Below are positions 1 through 13,227 of a DNA stretch of 64,000 bases, piece by piece. The stretch is taken from assembly GCA_045837725.1 (NCBI GenBank), contig JBEWZL010000175.1:62001-126000 (forward strand), given 5' to 3'. The notes beneath the pieces were generated by a model that was not told the origin of the DNA, ran no database searches, and saw only the letters and a program-made list of their open reading frames with translations. Made by a program: the position numbers and the translations under genes. The stretch is from Vermamoeba vermiformis (Eukaryota). Positions within the stretch are counted from its first letter, which is position 1. The number at the start of each line of letters is the position of its first letter.

Positions 1-2030
1 TTCAACTGCATTAGAATGATCCCTATAAAACTCATTAATACGATCACGATTCGCTGTATTAACGCCCTTATATTAATTCAATTATATTTTGCTGTAATTA
101 TTACCAAACTAAATTTCGTTACAAAATTTGAGCTTGTTTTCAACGAACGGATCTCGATCGGATCTTGTTGAAAAGAGCAGCTATTGAATTATAGATTCTT
201 ACCTCATGACGGATATATTTTTGCCTGTTTTAATGTCCCAAGCTTTGACTGTTTGATCGGACGAACAACTTAGTAGCAATGAGCCATCTTCGCTTACTGC
301 AATCTTTCGCACCCATTTGTCGTGGGCTTCAATAGTTTTAACACAATATCTTTAATAATACGTTAGTATCCATCATATATCGCGATATAAATGCTATGAT
401 TTGACCGGTTTAATTAATTCTAATTGAAAAAATTTGACGAGAAATTTGTTGCGAAGGCCGATGTTTAACGTGATCAGTAACGATTGTATTTCCTTTTTAG
501 GAAATGTCTATGACATCAGTAACACGTACCCGGTAGCTGTTTCCCAAATCTTAATAGTTTTATCGCGTGAAGATGAAATCAAAAAATCTCCGTTGGGTGT
601 AAACTTGACGCACGAGACGGTGTGCTCGTGTCCGTGCAGTGTTTTGACGCACGTGTACGTCGAGAAATCCCACAATTTAATCGTCAAATCGTTCGAACAT
701 GATGCTGGATGTCAAGGTCAGTATAAATAAACGACTATAATCTTCTTTCATGCGTACCTAACATTTTTCCTTTTGGTTCAAAATCGAGGTCCCGTACTGC
801 TCCTGTGTGACCCTACAACAGAAAATTCATCAGTATTTACATCACAAAAGCGAATAACACTAAAATTAATTAAAGATACGGTCCTAGTATTGTCATTAAT
901 AATAATGAAGCTAAATTAACGAGATCTGAATCTTTTGTTCGTAGTAGCCTTAAGGGCCGATTAAATTATTAAGACGTCATAATGCTCTATATTATGGCGT
1001 AGAATATAATTATAACGTCATTCTCGTGCATCAGAATCGGTACCTTTAGTGTCTGTTGAAACACGCCTTCTTCGTAGTCCCACACTCTGATCATTGCGTC
1101 CTCACTCGCGGAACACACCACATCGAATTCAGGGTGCGACACGAGACTGTTAATGGCATCGCGATGTCCTAATTAGGAAATGTAAGTATCAAACGCAAAG
1201 ATCATCAGTAATATTTTTTTCCGTAATAATCGTACTTGATTAGCATCAACTAATATTTGCTGTCATTTTTCGTCGTATAATAATACTATATTTGGCAATA
1301 TAACAAAAGATTACAAATTGGCGCGTGATTTAAATGTTCGATAACGCGAAGCATAATCGATGGAAATATCGTTCAAATGTATTAATTGTAGGGAATCATA
1401 TAATTACCTTTTAATACATGTCGTGGCGGTCCTCGTGGCAGTGTTTCTTTTGATTTTTCTTTGCCTGTCTTCTTTTCTTTTATTTCTTCCTCATATTGCG
1501 TTACTTTTGTTTCTAACTCCATAATCTAAGCGGTATAATTAATTAGTGGTATTATTACACCGAGATTTTGTGTGAGGCGTTACATTAAAAAAACGGACAG
1601 ATTCAATCCAAAGAAAAATAAATTTAGAAATTTAATACGCTCGTTTATATTGTGTATTTGTATAATTACGTCAATATGCTTTATTATTGCGCGATAATTA
1701 CCTTTTTTTGCAACCGTAGAATGGATGCCCACTTCTTTTCAAGCAAACCATTTTTTTTCGGATCTATATCAACATTTGCCTCTTTTCTAAAAGCTTCAAA
1801 ACTATCTTCAAATCCAGCAGAATTTAAATAGTCCAGAATTGCTTGGTTCCTAATTTAATAGAGGGCGTTATTATTTTATTCGATAATTAAATCTGAAAAA
1901 ACTTGATCATTAATTCCAACAGCTGCTTTATCCATATTAACTTACAATTCTTGACGTTGTCTATTTGTTAATACGGAACCAGATCGATCCGTAGACTTTG
2001 AATCGTTATCGTCCGAAATTTTCGTAATCT
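1..2030 (-). CDS. LIS1: LIS1/PAC1 homologue (LisH + coiled coil + WD40), multi-exon; 3' end runs off the window, start exon not located
   Basis: Minus-strand exons read [11 protein letters not shown] / [40 protein letters not shown] / [19 protein letters not shown] / [32 protein letters not shown] / [11 protein letters not shown] / [37 protein letters not shown] / [25 protein letters not shown]. These are collinear with LIS1 ([39 protein letters not shown]). Confidence 0.9.
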
Positions 2031-2835
2031 GTTTAAACTATGAATACAGTGGATCCGTAAAGAGCTTTGCGTGCTTAGGCTCTTTACTATCAAAAATAAA
2101 TAATAATTAGCTTATATTGCTACTAAAATACACGGGATAAAAAAAGAAGTTGAAATTTGAGCGAGGCTGCAAAATGACCGTTACAAAGGAGATTTTGTCG
2201 AGATCAATTGAATAGAGAACCATAATACCAAATACCACCATTACATTAACTAATTAACGTAATTGAAACAGCACATGCTTAATATTAATAAGCTTGCAAC
2301 ATGCGAGTCACACTCAGTTCATTGATCTCTTTGGCTTTACCGCGCGCACGAGACAATAATATGGCAATACGATGTAAGCACTAAGAGGTTAGTAATATTT
2401 AAGAAAATCACAAGGCTAGCCTCCAACTCCACGTTTCAATCTGGATGCAACTCCGCGTTTGTCCATCGTTCCTTATGATAGCTAGCAAGCCAAATAATTC
2501 GTAAATAATTTCAATCACTATTATCACGCGGTGTTATGGCTAAGCTACGAACGAGAACTGTAGTATTCGAAGTCGATCGAGCTGTTCTCGCGCGTGCCAG
2601 TTTGTTGACAGCCTGTCTTCGGAATGGCCACTTAAACTCGCATTGTTAACAATACATTTGCTCGCATCGTGAGTGAATGAGTTCAAGCCGTGCTGAGTTA
2701 GGATCGTGCATGAAAATTCGCGGTGAACTCAGCGAGGAAAATTTACTCCGTTGTTTTTGGACGTCATTGTTTCATCTTGTATTGCCGTGTAACACGCCAC
2801 TCGTGCATACTCTTCTTCAAATAATCATATAAAAC

Positions 2836-5800
2836 ATGGCTGATAATACAAAGGAGGCTTCCAAGGTCGAAGAGATCGCCGATCAACCTCAAAATGAAGA
2901 AAACAAAAATAACGAGGAAGAGAATCAAGAGCCAGTGGCATTTAATATTCATGTAGTCAGCCCTAAGCAGGATAAGATCCCTTTGCAGGTTAGTGTTGCA
3001 AGTGTTTGCTGCATCCGGATGGATCCACGAAGATAATTATTTTATCAATTACGAAATTATTAAAATTAGGATTGACTTAATCATATTATAGGTCACTGCT
3101 ATGGACAGTGTCCAAGATATTCGTCAGTTTTTATTGGAGGCTGCCGAAACTGGCCACATCACATCTTACCATCTCGAACTCGCCGGACAACGCGTGAGCG
3201 ATTACGTTGACTTGTCTGAGGTCGCTGACTTGAAGGAAGATGCCGAGTTGGTCATGGTCGAAGGTTAGTGCTAGCAGTACCTTCTCATTAATTAACACGC
3301 GCCTCGAAGCGATCGGATGAAAACACGGGGTGGGATGAGCGCATCCACAGCCGTAGTTATTTGATTATTCAATTAGATTATATTTTAATATTTTTCGTGG
3401 TGCTATTCCTGATTTTTGCGATACTTGGCAAGCCGATCTAAGATTTTGTTTTCAGATCCCTATGACGACCGTAGCGCCCGCTATCACGTTAGAAGATTGC
3501 GTGAACTTCTCACACAAGTACGTTATATGACAAAAAGCTTAATTTACGAACTAGAGATATTTCAAGAACAGATCTGACAATGTCGATCGGATGAAAAACA
3601 AATCTAGAAAATTATCGATGACCGTGATTTACGCACGATTTTTTTTGTTTATTTGTCACAAGTGATTTCCCATAATATTTTGGGCTAACAAAAAATATAA
3701 CTAGGCAAATAACACGCTCCCTGCTCAGTCTCCCTCGCTCTTTTCTGAGTTGACCAACGAAAGCGTAAGTTTACAACGACCCGTAATCTCGTGTAGTTAT
3801 ATTAACCTCGTCGCCTACTATAGTTACAATTCACTGGCCTGGTTACCCAAGGTGAACGTGATGAGGTTCAATTGGAGTTTTTCTACCCCGCAGCCGGATC
3901 TCAAGCTGCTCAACCCTGCTTGCAGAAGATTTGCTTCTCTGGCTGGAACCCCGCACCTTCCAACAGAAAATTATTAGGTATGTAAAGGATCATTTGAATT
4001 TTGAACCGTTCAAGCGGATTCGATTGATCGAGGATGGCGATCGCCAAATCCTGCTGATTTTTTTAAAAATTTGAGATGTAACAAGGATGTAGCAAAAATC
4101 AGTTACAAATAGGGACAACTGACTGTCAGTGATCGATAAAGTAACCTGAGTTCATATCTCAAATACAAATATTTTTTCCGTGCTCGGATCAATCTTTCTT
4201 CGTTCATTTACTGATTATTGTTCTGTTAATAGGTGATTTGTTCTATTTGGACATTACTACTTTGGAAGGCAAGAGCGTCACAGTCACTGCTTGGGCCAAT
4301 GGTTTCTTCGTCAACGGATCCACTCCTTCTCAATTCAACCCCGAGCCTGCTGCTGTCTCTTACGAGAGCCACGCTTTGGTAGATTTGTTGAACAGCGTAA
4401 GTACTATTAATAGAGTGTATCTGATTTTATTATTACGATTCTTGTTGTTGAGTGTAACGATCACAAAGTTTCAGATCGGCGGATCTTTTTTTTGTTTAAC
4501 GGTGATGGATAATGTACTAATTAATTATTTGTTTATAGTTGAGCCCTCAATTCAAGACAAACTACGAACAGTTGTTGAAGAAGATGACTGACCGACATCC
4601 GTTCGAAATGATGCCCGTTCCTTTCCCCGTTACTCCTTGGTTGGGCAAGCGCAACAAACACACTTACGACTTCAACAGAAGCGAAGATGCTTTGTTGGCT
4701 TCCAACGAGGTTGAATACAAGTAAGTATCCGCGTCGTTGCGCGATCCCATAATTTATTGAAAAAATCTTTGCGCAAATTTTTAACCGGATCTGTTGTTCT
4801 AGTATTCAAGGTCAATTGAGAGACTGGAACGAAGAACTTCAAACTTGCCGCGAGTTGCCCAAGAGCACTATCCAAGAACGGTAATTATCTTCGATCCGAT
4901 CTTCTGAAAAAATGCACCCGTCTACCCTTATCCTTATTATAATGAGGCTAAGACTGGAAAGGGTGCAGAAATCCTTTTAAAATTAATCAATTCCCTTTTC
5001 CTAATTTTTTTTGCAGCATTACTCGAGATCGCGCCATCTTCCGTGTTTACACTGATTTCATCGACTCAGCCACTAAGGGCGCCATGTAAGTATAATATGA
5101 TAGTACTTTTGATGGGTAGATACTTACAATATTCTTATTAGGTCTATCATCAACGGCAGCGTTCCTCCTATTAACCCGATGGACGCCAAGAAGTCGCACT
5201 TGTACATCTACAACAACATTTTCTTCAGCTACGCTCTTGACGGCCGCGAGACCTTCAAGGAGGTCGGTGGTGATGTCGCTGCTTACAAGAACATCAACAA
5301 CGATCTCTTGGGTGTCAAGATGGTCAACACTGCTGACGTTGACGGCTTGTACACTGTGGCCAGCGCTGTTATTGATTATCGTGGCTTCCGTGTTATGGCT
5401 CAAAGCATCATCCCTGGCTTGTTCTCAGGTACGTCTCGGTATCTCCCGCACGAGATTTTATATGAAAATACTACACACAAGTAATCCAAGAGGGACAACA
5501 CCGACTCGGCTTCGGCCAGTTAGTACCTAAATGTTGACTCCCTTCTTTGTACTTTGTAATAGCAAGCGCAATCACTCCGCGTGGAGTTTTGCAAAGAGTA
5601 TGATGATTTGCAGAGCTCTACGCACCAAAGGAGCTCTTCGGGGTTCCTTTCTTTCGAGTGATCCAACACACTTTTTACAAATAGTTAATCGGAGTTACTT
5701 TGTACCTTTTGCTAATGTTCGGTATTAGGCTTGTTGGCTCAATCCGAGAGCAACTCAATTGTTGCCTACGGTTCCATGGAAGGTCAAGAGATCCGCTCTG

Positions 5801-8667
5801 ACCCCGAGTTCCACGAGTTGATCAAGAAAGCTGCTCAAAAGTTGAACTTGAAGGAGCACGTCGTCGTTGATAAGAACGTAAGTGACACCATGAAATACTC
5901 GCACGAGTGACTTTTGGATCTAACGACAAACTGTAGGGTCAACAACACAACATTGCTGGTACTGTTGAAGTCAAGGGTATCAAGGGCTCTGATGGTCGTC
6001 ACTACGTCCTCGACTTGGTCAGAATCACTCCTCGTGACGTCAACTACCCCAAGAAGGAACACCAGACTTGCATCTTGCGTCCCGAGTTGATCCAACGCTA
6101 CATCGCTCAATTGATCTTGATCGAAGCTAGCAAGAATATGGAAGCCAAGCGCAAGGCCAAGGCTGCCGAACGAAAGGCCAAGGAAGAGGCTGGTGAGAAG
6201 GTCGACGAAACCGCCGAAGAAGAGAAGATGGACGACATTGAGCTCCCTGAGATCCACTGGGAAGTCAACCCTGATGTCTTCACTGACCACAAACTCGGTG
6301 ATGCTGATGACGTCATTAAGAGCGATCAAGAGTTGGTCACCAAGTTGTCTAACTACTTGAAGAACGACATCATTCCCTCGTTGGTCGAAGAGTTGAGCTT
6401 GGGTCAATACATGCCTGTTGACGGTCAAACTCTCTCCGCTTTGATGCACAACAGAGGTGTTAACCTTAGATACTTGGGCTACGTCGCCAAGTTGGCCGGC
6501 AAGATCGCCCCTGTCGTCCGTGACATGGCCATGCGCGAAATGATCACGCGTGTTGCCAAGCACATCTTGAACGAGAACTTGGTTGACACTGCCAGCTACA
6601 ACCTTGCCCCTGCCATTGCTCACTTCTTGAACGCTTTCTTCGGCAAGATTTCTGGTCCCAACAAGGGCTCACGCTCTGGTTTGGTCACTGACCCCGTCAA
6701 GCCCGTCGAAGCTGCCTCATCGCCTGTTCAACAACAAGCTGCTCCTGCCAAGAAGGGCAAGAAGGGTGAGCAAGCCAAGGACTCTCAAACCAAGGAAGTT
6801 GTTTTGCCTGCTCACTTGCAACGCAAGTCCCCCAAGATCTACGAATTGACTCACAACAACTTGTGGGCTCAGATCCGCAAGATGACTCAAGAGAAGTACG
6901 ACTTCGAGTTGCCCGAGACCATCCCCAGCCACATGTTCGAGCTGCCCACTCTTCGTTCTTTGTGCCAGAAGACCGGTATTCAATTGCACGCTCGCAACTA
7001 CGACTTGAACAAGGAGAAGGCCTTCAACGCCGCTGACATTCTCGACGTCTTCCCTGTTGTCAAGCACGCCGTTCACAAGACCAACGACGGTCAGGACTTG
7101 TTGGAAATGGGCAGAAACTACGTCCAACAAGGTCGCTTGGACACATCGTTCGAGCTCTTGACTGAGTCCCTCGCTCTCTTCCACCAAGTTTACGGTCCTA
7201 TCTCTAGAGAAGCTGCTCAATGCTACTCGTAAGTCACACGCGCACTCGATTGGTTATCGCACGAATTAACCCTCTCTACTGCAGTAACATGGCTATGGTT
7301 TTGTACCAAGCTGGTGATGTCAATCAAGCTATTGCTCACCAAGAAAAGGCTGTTATTATCAACGAGCGATGCTTGGGTCTCGACAGCTACGAGACTTCTC
7401 ACGCATGCGTAAGTACAATTCTTAAAATAAGCTTATTAGTAACATCAATACGGATTATTCAATGATGACTTCGGCATTTGTCTTATGTCACAAGTTGACG
7501 AAAAAACTCGAGCTACCTTAAACTATTTACTGAAAAATAATCCTCTTCTTACATTCTACACCCAACGAATTTGTCTTATTCATACGCTAATATTCTTCGT
7601 GAAATAGGGCAACTTGGCTTTGTTCTACCATCAAATTGGCAAGACTAAGGTCGCGTTGAACTTCATCATGCGTGCCTTGTACTTGAACTACTTGACCAAC
7701 GGTGACCAACACGCTGACAACGCTGGTACTTACGTAAGTAGTTGTAATCGATGGCCCTTTGAAGCTCTTTCTAATCGCGATTGTGCAGAGCAATTTGGCT
7801 CTTGTCCTCGGAGACTTGAAGGCCTACGATCAAAGCATCGACTTCTTGCACCGTGCTGCCAAGTGCTACGAAACCACTCACGGACCTAACTCCCCCATCA
7901 CCGCCAATGCGTAAGTATAATATTTTTAAATAACATTTGCATTGAGAAACAATCGTAAAGAGAATGACGAAAATCTTTCACGCCAGAACAACAATGTTGA
8001 TATTTTTAACCATACTACCAGATGGTCTGATCTCTTCAAAATTTTATCAATTTTATTTCTTCGCGTCCTCGTGTCACTCTGACTAATTCTCGATCGCTAG
8101 TTACCACTCTTTGGCTATTGCTTACAGCTACGTCGAGAACTTCCGCGAGGCTCTTGCTTGGGAGACCAAGAACTACAAGATCTTGAAGGAACTTGTCGGC
8201 GAGAAGCACAACAAGACTATGGAGTCGAACATCTGGTTGAAGCAATTCACCACCAAGGCTGTTGCTAAGGCCAAGACGGATCGCATCCAAGAAGTCAAGA
8301 AGGCTAACTTTAGCTCAGTGTTGCACAGAGATGCACGCAGTTCCGCTGAACCTGCAGTCTCGAGCACGCTTGAGACGCCAAAGCAGCTCGGAACATTGCC
8401 TTTGGCTGAGGTTATGAACTACATTAACGCGCCTTCTAGCAAGTCTAAAGTTGGCAGCTCTGGCCTGAAGAAAGGTAACGTCGGGCACGATAAATATGAA
8501 TGCTTGAATTGATATTAATTGAATTACTAATAGGCGGCCGAAGCACCCAATCTCAACCTAAAAACAGATTCGTTCAGATCCACAAAGCTGTGACTGTTCC
8601 TCAAAAGAAGGCTGAGACTACACCCGCTGAACATGCTAATGGTAGCAACACTAATGCCAAGAAATAA
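2836..8667 (+). CDS. CLU1: Clustered mitochondria protein (CLU1/cluA/CLUH) with C-terminal TPR repeats, ~17 exons
   Basis: Motifs FSGWNPAPSNRKLLGDLFYL, RDWNEELQ, IYNNIFFSYALD, IDYRGFRVMAQSIIPGL, VKGIKGSDGRHYVLDL, RPELI, PVDGQTLSALMHNRGVNLRYLG, followed by TPR helices. GT-AG introns join in frame. Strong codon bias. TAA at 8665-8667. Confidence 0.93.
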
Positions 8668-8852
8668 GGTGCTATTAACATTTTGAAAAAATAACAAGAT
8701 GCGGAACGAGAACCAATTTTGTTTGCGAAATACGAGGTGAAAATCACCAAATAAATTATTTACTCAAATATTCTTTGTGATAATGAGAGCAACTATTTAT
8801 GTTCAAGTGCATTACAGGCTTCGGTGAGCTTGTACATCTGGATGCGCACCCT

Positions 8853-9296
8853 CTATGCTGAAGGATGGTGCTTTTGAAAAGCCAATTTCTTTGCTTTTGC
8901 AACATCCGCATGAGCCTTGGCAACGATATCATTCTCTAAGCTCTAAGAGGTCATTGATTAGCGCAATTTCAAATGGAATTTTGTCCAATTTTCTTTCAAT
9001 GACTTATGGCAATTTGAAGAAAGATAAATACTTAGCTATGCGTACGAAAGAAAATTATGATATTCGTAAATGAAATTAAGACTAGATATCGATTGTCAAA
9101 AAATCAATTTCAAATCGACGGTCAATTTGTCGGATTCGTTTGGTACCTTGCGTCTCTCGGTGGCCTTATCCATTTTTTCTTGCAGTTCTTTCTCGTCACA
9201 TGGATGGAGAGTTTCGTGCTCGAGCTTATCAGCGATCTCGGGTTTGTGGCTGTCTTTGCTCTTGAATTGGACCTCGAAAGCGGTAGGTTCGGACAT
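8853..9296 (-). CDS. Small (79 aa) two-exon stathmin-like protein
   Basis: Exon 1 at 9296-9147, a phase-0 intron of 204 nt (GTACCA..CTCTTAG), exon 2 at 8942-8853. Product: MSEPTAFEVQF..EKELQEKMDKATERRKSLENDIVAKAHADVAKAKKLAFQKHHPSA*. Confidence 0.6.
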
Positions 9297-9979
9297 GTCG
9301 ATTAGTTGTTTTGTGTTATTAAATGAAATTGGAAAAATGGAGTTTGGCGTTTGATTTTAAAGTCGCCGTCGGCTCCAAATTCGCTCACAACTCCACGAAA
9401 ATTCAACGTAAATTGGACCTTAAAATTTGCTTAACATGTAATGAATGCATTTGATACACGCTAAAATGTAATATTCCAAACCGATCCGCTCTCATAGAAG
9501 AAAATGCGAGTGGATCTCGTTCAAATCCGACGAAACCCGACCAAAGAATAGTCACGAACTGCGTGTTTCAGCACTATTAAGGCATCGATGAACACTTGAA
9601 TTAAAAATATTGGTAGATGAGGCTATTCAACGGGTTAGTTGAGCAAAGAAAATTTGCTGCAGATTTTGTCGTTGTCTCTCGCTTCTAACCAACCACAAAA
9701 CTGGTAATTCCGAAACCAATTATATTTATAAGCGTGTTTAATGTTTCGGTCTGTTCGGCAAGCGATTGGCTTGTCGTCGGAAATTGTTCTTCGATCCAAA
9801 ACCAACTCAAAAGCTAACAAATCGCTGTTTGGTGCGTAATTTGAGTTATCGATATTATTTTGGCTTTAATTAATTCCGATTGTGCTGATTTAGAATAAAT
9901 TAAGCTAATTTTAAAATAATTGCAGATTCGCTCCCGAAGCAACGAATTTTGCCAACAGGGGTGCACCACTCAGCCAATC

Positions 9980-12900
9980 ATGTTGGCGTTGCCTAGTACG
10001 TAATTTTTTACACTCGTTAGTACCGTATAGTATTAATATCTGTGCAGTTTTCGAAATTTCTTACCGCGATCGGCAAAAAGATACTACACGCCAACCCGAG
10101 GACGTCTTGCTTCAACTTCCGAGTTGATTTCAGTCGTTAAACATTCAATACCGAGCAAAATTCATATTCAAAAAGAGGATAGTATTGTAGAACAGTACGA
10201 GAAGCTCCGCCAAAATTTAATCGTTTACAACAACAAGCGTGGTAAATCAATTCGAGTGCTTCTTTCAACGTTATAACCATTATTTTGTTAGTCAAAGATC
10301 TTTCAGCAGAAGAAATCAGCTGTTGGGCTCATGAAAAAGGAGCATTCACGAACAAAGAGAAGGACGAGATTCGAGAACGAAACATTAATGGGCAACAATT
10401 GCTGACCTTAATGACTTGGTCAAACAATAGAGTTTCAGCACCTCTGCAGCAGAAGTTAGAGAAGGAGCTTCTTTGCCCAATAAATGATGGTAAGTGGATT
10501 GATTGTACCATTATGCACCAGATCTGACCATCTTTGCAGCTGTTGCATGGACTCCAATTCCAATTGCATTAACTAAACAAGACATTGAATCGCAGTTGAG
10601 GCTAATTGTTCAAGAGGTAGCCCATGTGATGTCTTTGTCAAAAAGTGTTGAACATCAGAAAGCACAAGTCTGCAAGATGATAGTCAATCCCTTGCCTTTG
10701 AACTCAGAAGGCACTTCTTGGCAACCATGCTACTTTGATGATGTTACCAAAGAGTCCTCTAAGGACTTTGAGGCCCTTCACCACAACATTCAAAATACTT
10801 TGAAGGCATCAACTCAAAACAAAGAGCTGATAAATGTTGTGGAGAGTAAGTTGGTTGATCTTACATTTCCCACAAAATAACTGATTTTGTAGTGAGTGGT
10901 GTTGGAAAAACTCATATGGCTATCACTTATGCAAGAATATATGGAGGCTTTGTAATCAGCTTTGAAAAAGACCAGCATGATAGCATTCTTGAGCAAGCTG
11001 CAAACTTCATTGCTGCTCAAAGACAATTTGTGAAGCCCTATGATAATGGCATTCCTGATGCATTCTTTCTTGAACAAGAGTTCAAAGACAAAGCAATCCA
11101 AGTAATGAAACTGATTCAATTAACTTTCATAGAATTTGCAGACTATTTCTTCAAAGCTGCAAATGATATTGAAGAAGCAGATAGACAGACTGCATTCATT
11201 AGAGCAACATTCAATGGAGCTAAACCACTGCTCTTCAAAATGTTTGTGGCAAATTTGAAGTATTTGTCATCACAGAACAATTACATGAAATTTGAATCAG
11301 AAATGCTGCACATTGCATATGAAAGGAATCTACGTGCTGTCTTTTATGATGAAGCATGCAAATGTGAAGAATTCTTGAAAGACCAATTCATTCAGGATGA
11401 TCTTGATAGTTCTCAAGCACTAAGGGTACTGTTTGATATAATCTGGCCGAATGGTACTAATTCATTTTACAAGACATCTGACACTTCTCTGCTCCATGGT
11501 GCTTTGCTTGCCATGCAACAATTTTCAATGTCAACAGTAAAATGTCTAAGCCAGGCAGTAAGATTTAAACAATTGTTAATTCAAATAACTAACTTAATGC
11601 TAGCATGTACTGCTGTCAACTTCTCAGAGTTTGCCTCGTTTAATGTTTATATCACAATCACCAAGAGACAGGCCCATGATCTCTTACCTTTTTTTCAATG
11701 ATTCAAAGACTGCCATTATTTCAAGATTCAAAAGAATGGCAGCCTTTGTATTTGGGGATAGGATTACCCAATATTTGGAGCAGCATTCTTTCGCTTTGTC
11801 AAGGCTCAGTAGTCGCCCTTGCTACCTTTTTAAAGCTTTTGAATTAGAGGTTTGTTAATGTTTTCTATGAGGTATATCTTTAATGCTGTTTAAAATAGCT
11901 TCCAAAAGATAATGACATGGCTAATTTTGTTGCAAACTGGCTTTCTTCTGCTGAAAAAGCAGCACACAAGCAAGCAAAGAGCTACATTGAAAGTGCAGAG
12001 ATAATTCCTGAGCCAGGAATGATTGTTGGGCTAATTGAAAACCATGCTAAAAGGGTGTTTGTGACTGTAAGTTGTTTATGTTATTTCACTGCTAACTAAA
12101 CATTCAGAAAATGCAAAACATAATTGCAGAAATAGCTTTGGGCTCTGGCAATTTCTCTTCTTCTTCATTTGACAATACCCATGTTTGGATTTTTCTAAAA
12201 GCTGGCTTTACAAGAATAGACAATCACCACCAAAAGTTTGATTATTATCTCAGCCATTATTTCAAGTCATTGCCCTTCCAAACCTTGCTTCAGGTAAAGT
12301 GCTCCTGCCCCAATGAGCTTTAACTTAATTCCATTTCAGATCTTCAGACGTGTTCCCCATTTTAATGGCAACTCTAGTGCAATTGGGAAATACATGATTT
12401 CTTTGTTGTTCAAATGGGCTTCAGAAACATCAACAGCTCTTAGTAAATTGGTGCCATTCAAAGAGGTTCCAGAATCCATCAAAGACTTAAAAGTTCAGCA
12501 GGGCTTGCAAGTCATGCAGTACTCTGAATTGGAGTCATTATTGCAGTCACAGCATGGAATATTTGATGAAAATTGCTTCAATAACTTGCCTGCCTTCCAC
12601 TTCAAACCTACATATGTGCTTGGCCCTGACTCAGTTCTGTTGCTCACCAATGAAAAAGAGGTTGTTGGATTTTTGGTTGTGCATGGAACAAATGAGGAGA
12701 AATCACTTGGCATGACAGAGTTTGTTAATGAAGCTCTGCCTATTCTTAATCCAACAAATTTCTATAACAAAGGAAAAAATGTTGCTGATGTTCAATCCTG
12801 GAAAGCACTGTACAAGCAGCTGAAATCAAAGAATTACATCTGGGTCAGGGTATGTTTGCAGCACATGATTAATCATGGTCCTAACATTACTTGCAGGCAA

Positions 12901-13135
12901 TTTTTGCCAAGGGATTTACACAGCCTGTGTGGCAGCTAGTACGAAAATGGAATTTGCCTCAAAAGAAGGGCAGAAACAACCCATTCTGTTGCTAACTCCA
13001 ACAATTGTCCCTGGTCTGGTACAGCCTGAAGAGCACAGAAAAGCTGTTGGACAGTACAAACCAAGCACTCTCACTGCAACAAAAATTGATAATGCAACAA
13101 AGAGATTGTTGAGGATGAGCTACCAAGTATGCTAG
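9980..13135 (+). CDS. SAM-like + P-loop NTPase + degenerate PD-(D/E)xK-like protein (Crinkler/CR-type architecture); 5' exon appears frameshifted
   Basis: SAM-like segment VKDLSAEEISCWAHEKG..EIRERNINGQQLLTL; Walker A SGVGKT; Walker B RAVFYDEA; C-terminal HFKPTYVLGPDSVLLL..GFLVV. Short (~40-55 nt) GT-AG introns link the listed ORFs in frame. The start at 9980 is tentative. Confidence 0.6.
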
Positions 13136-13227
13136 ATTTTGATTTTGTTATGGGCAATGGATGAATATGAACAGTTTATTTGCTTGAATGTTACCTTGAT
13201 TTATTTTAGTATAAAAAGCATGTCAGA

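Noticed and set aside
434-730. 98-aa plus-strand ORF
   Set aside because: Antisense to LIS1 WD40 exons.
5047-8367. Long antisense ORFs opposite CLU1 (e.g. 5835-6623, 6717-7220)
   Set aside because: Shadow ORFs produced by strong codon bias on the coding strand; no motifs.
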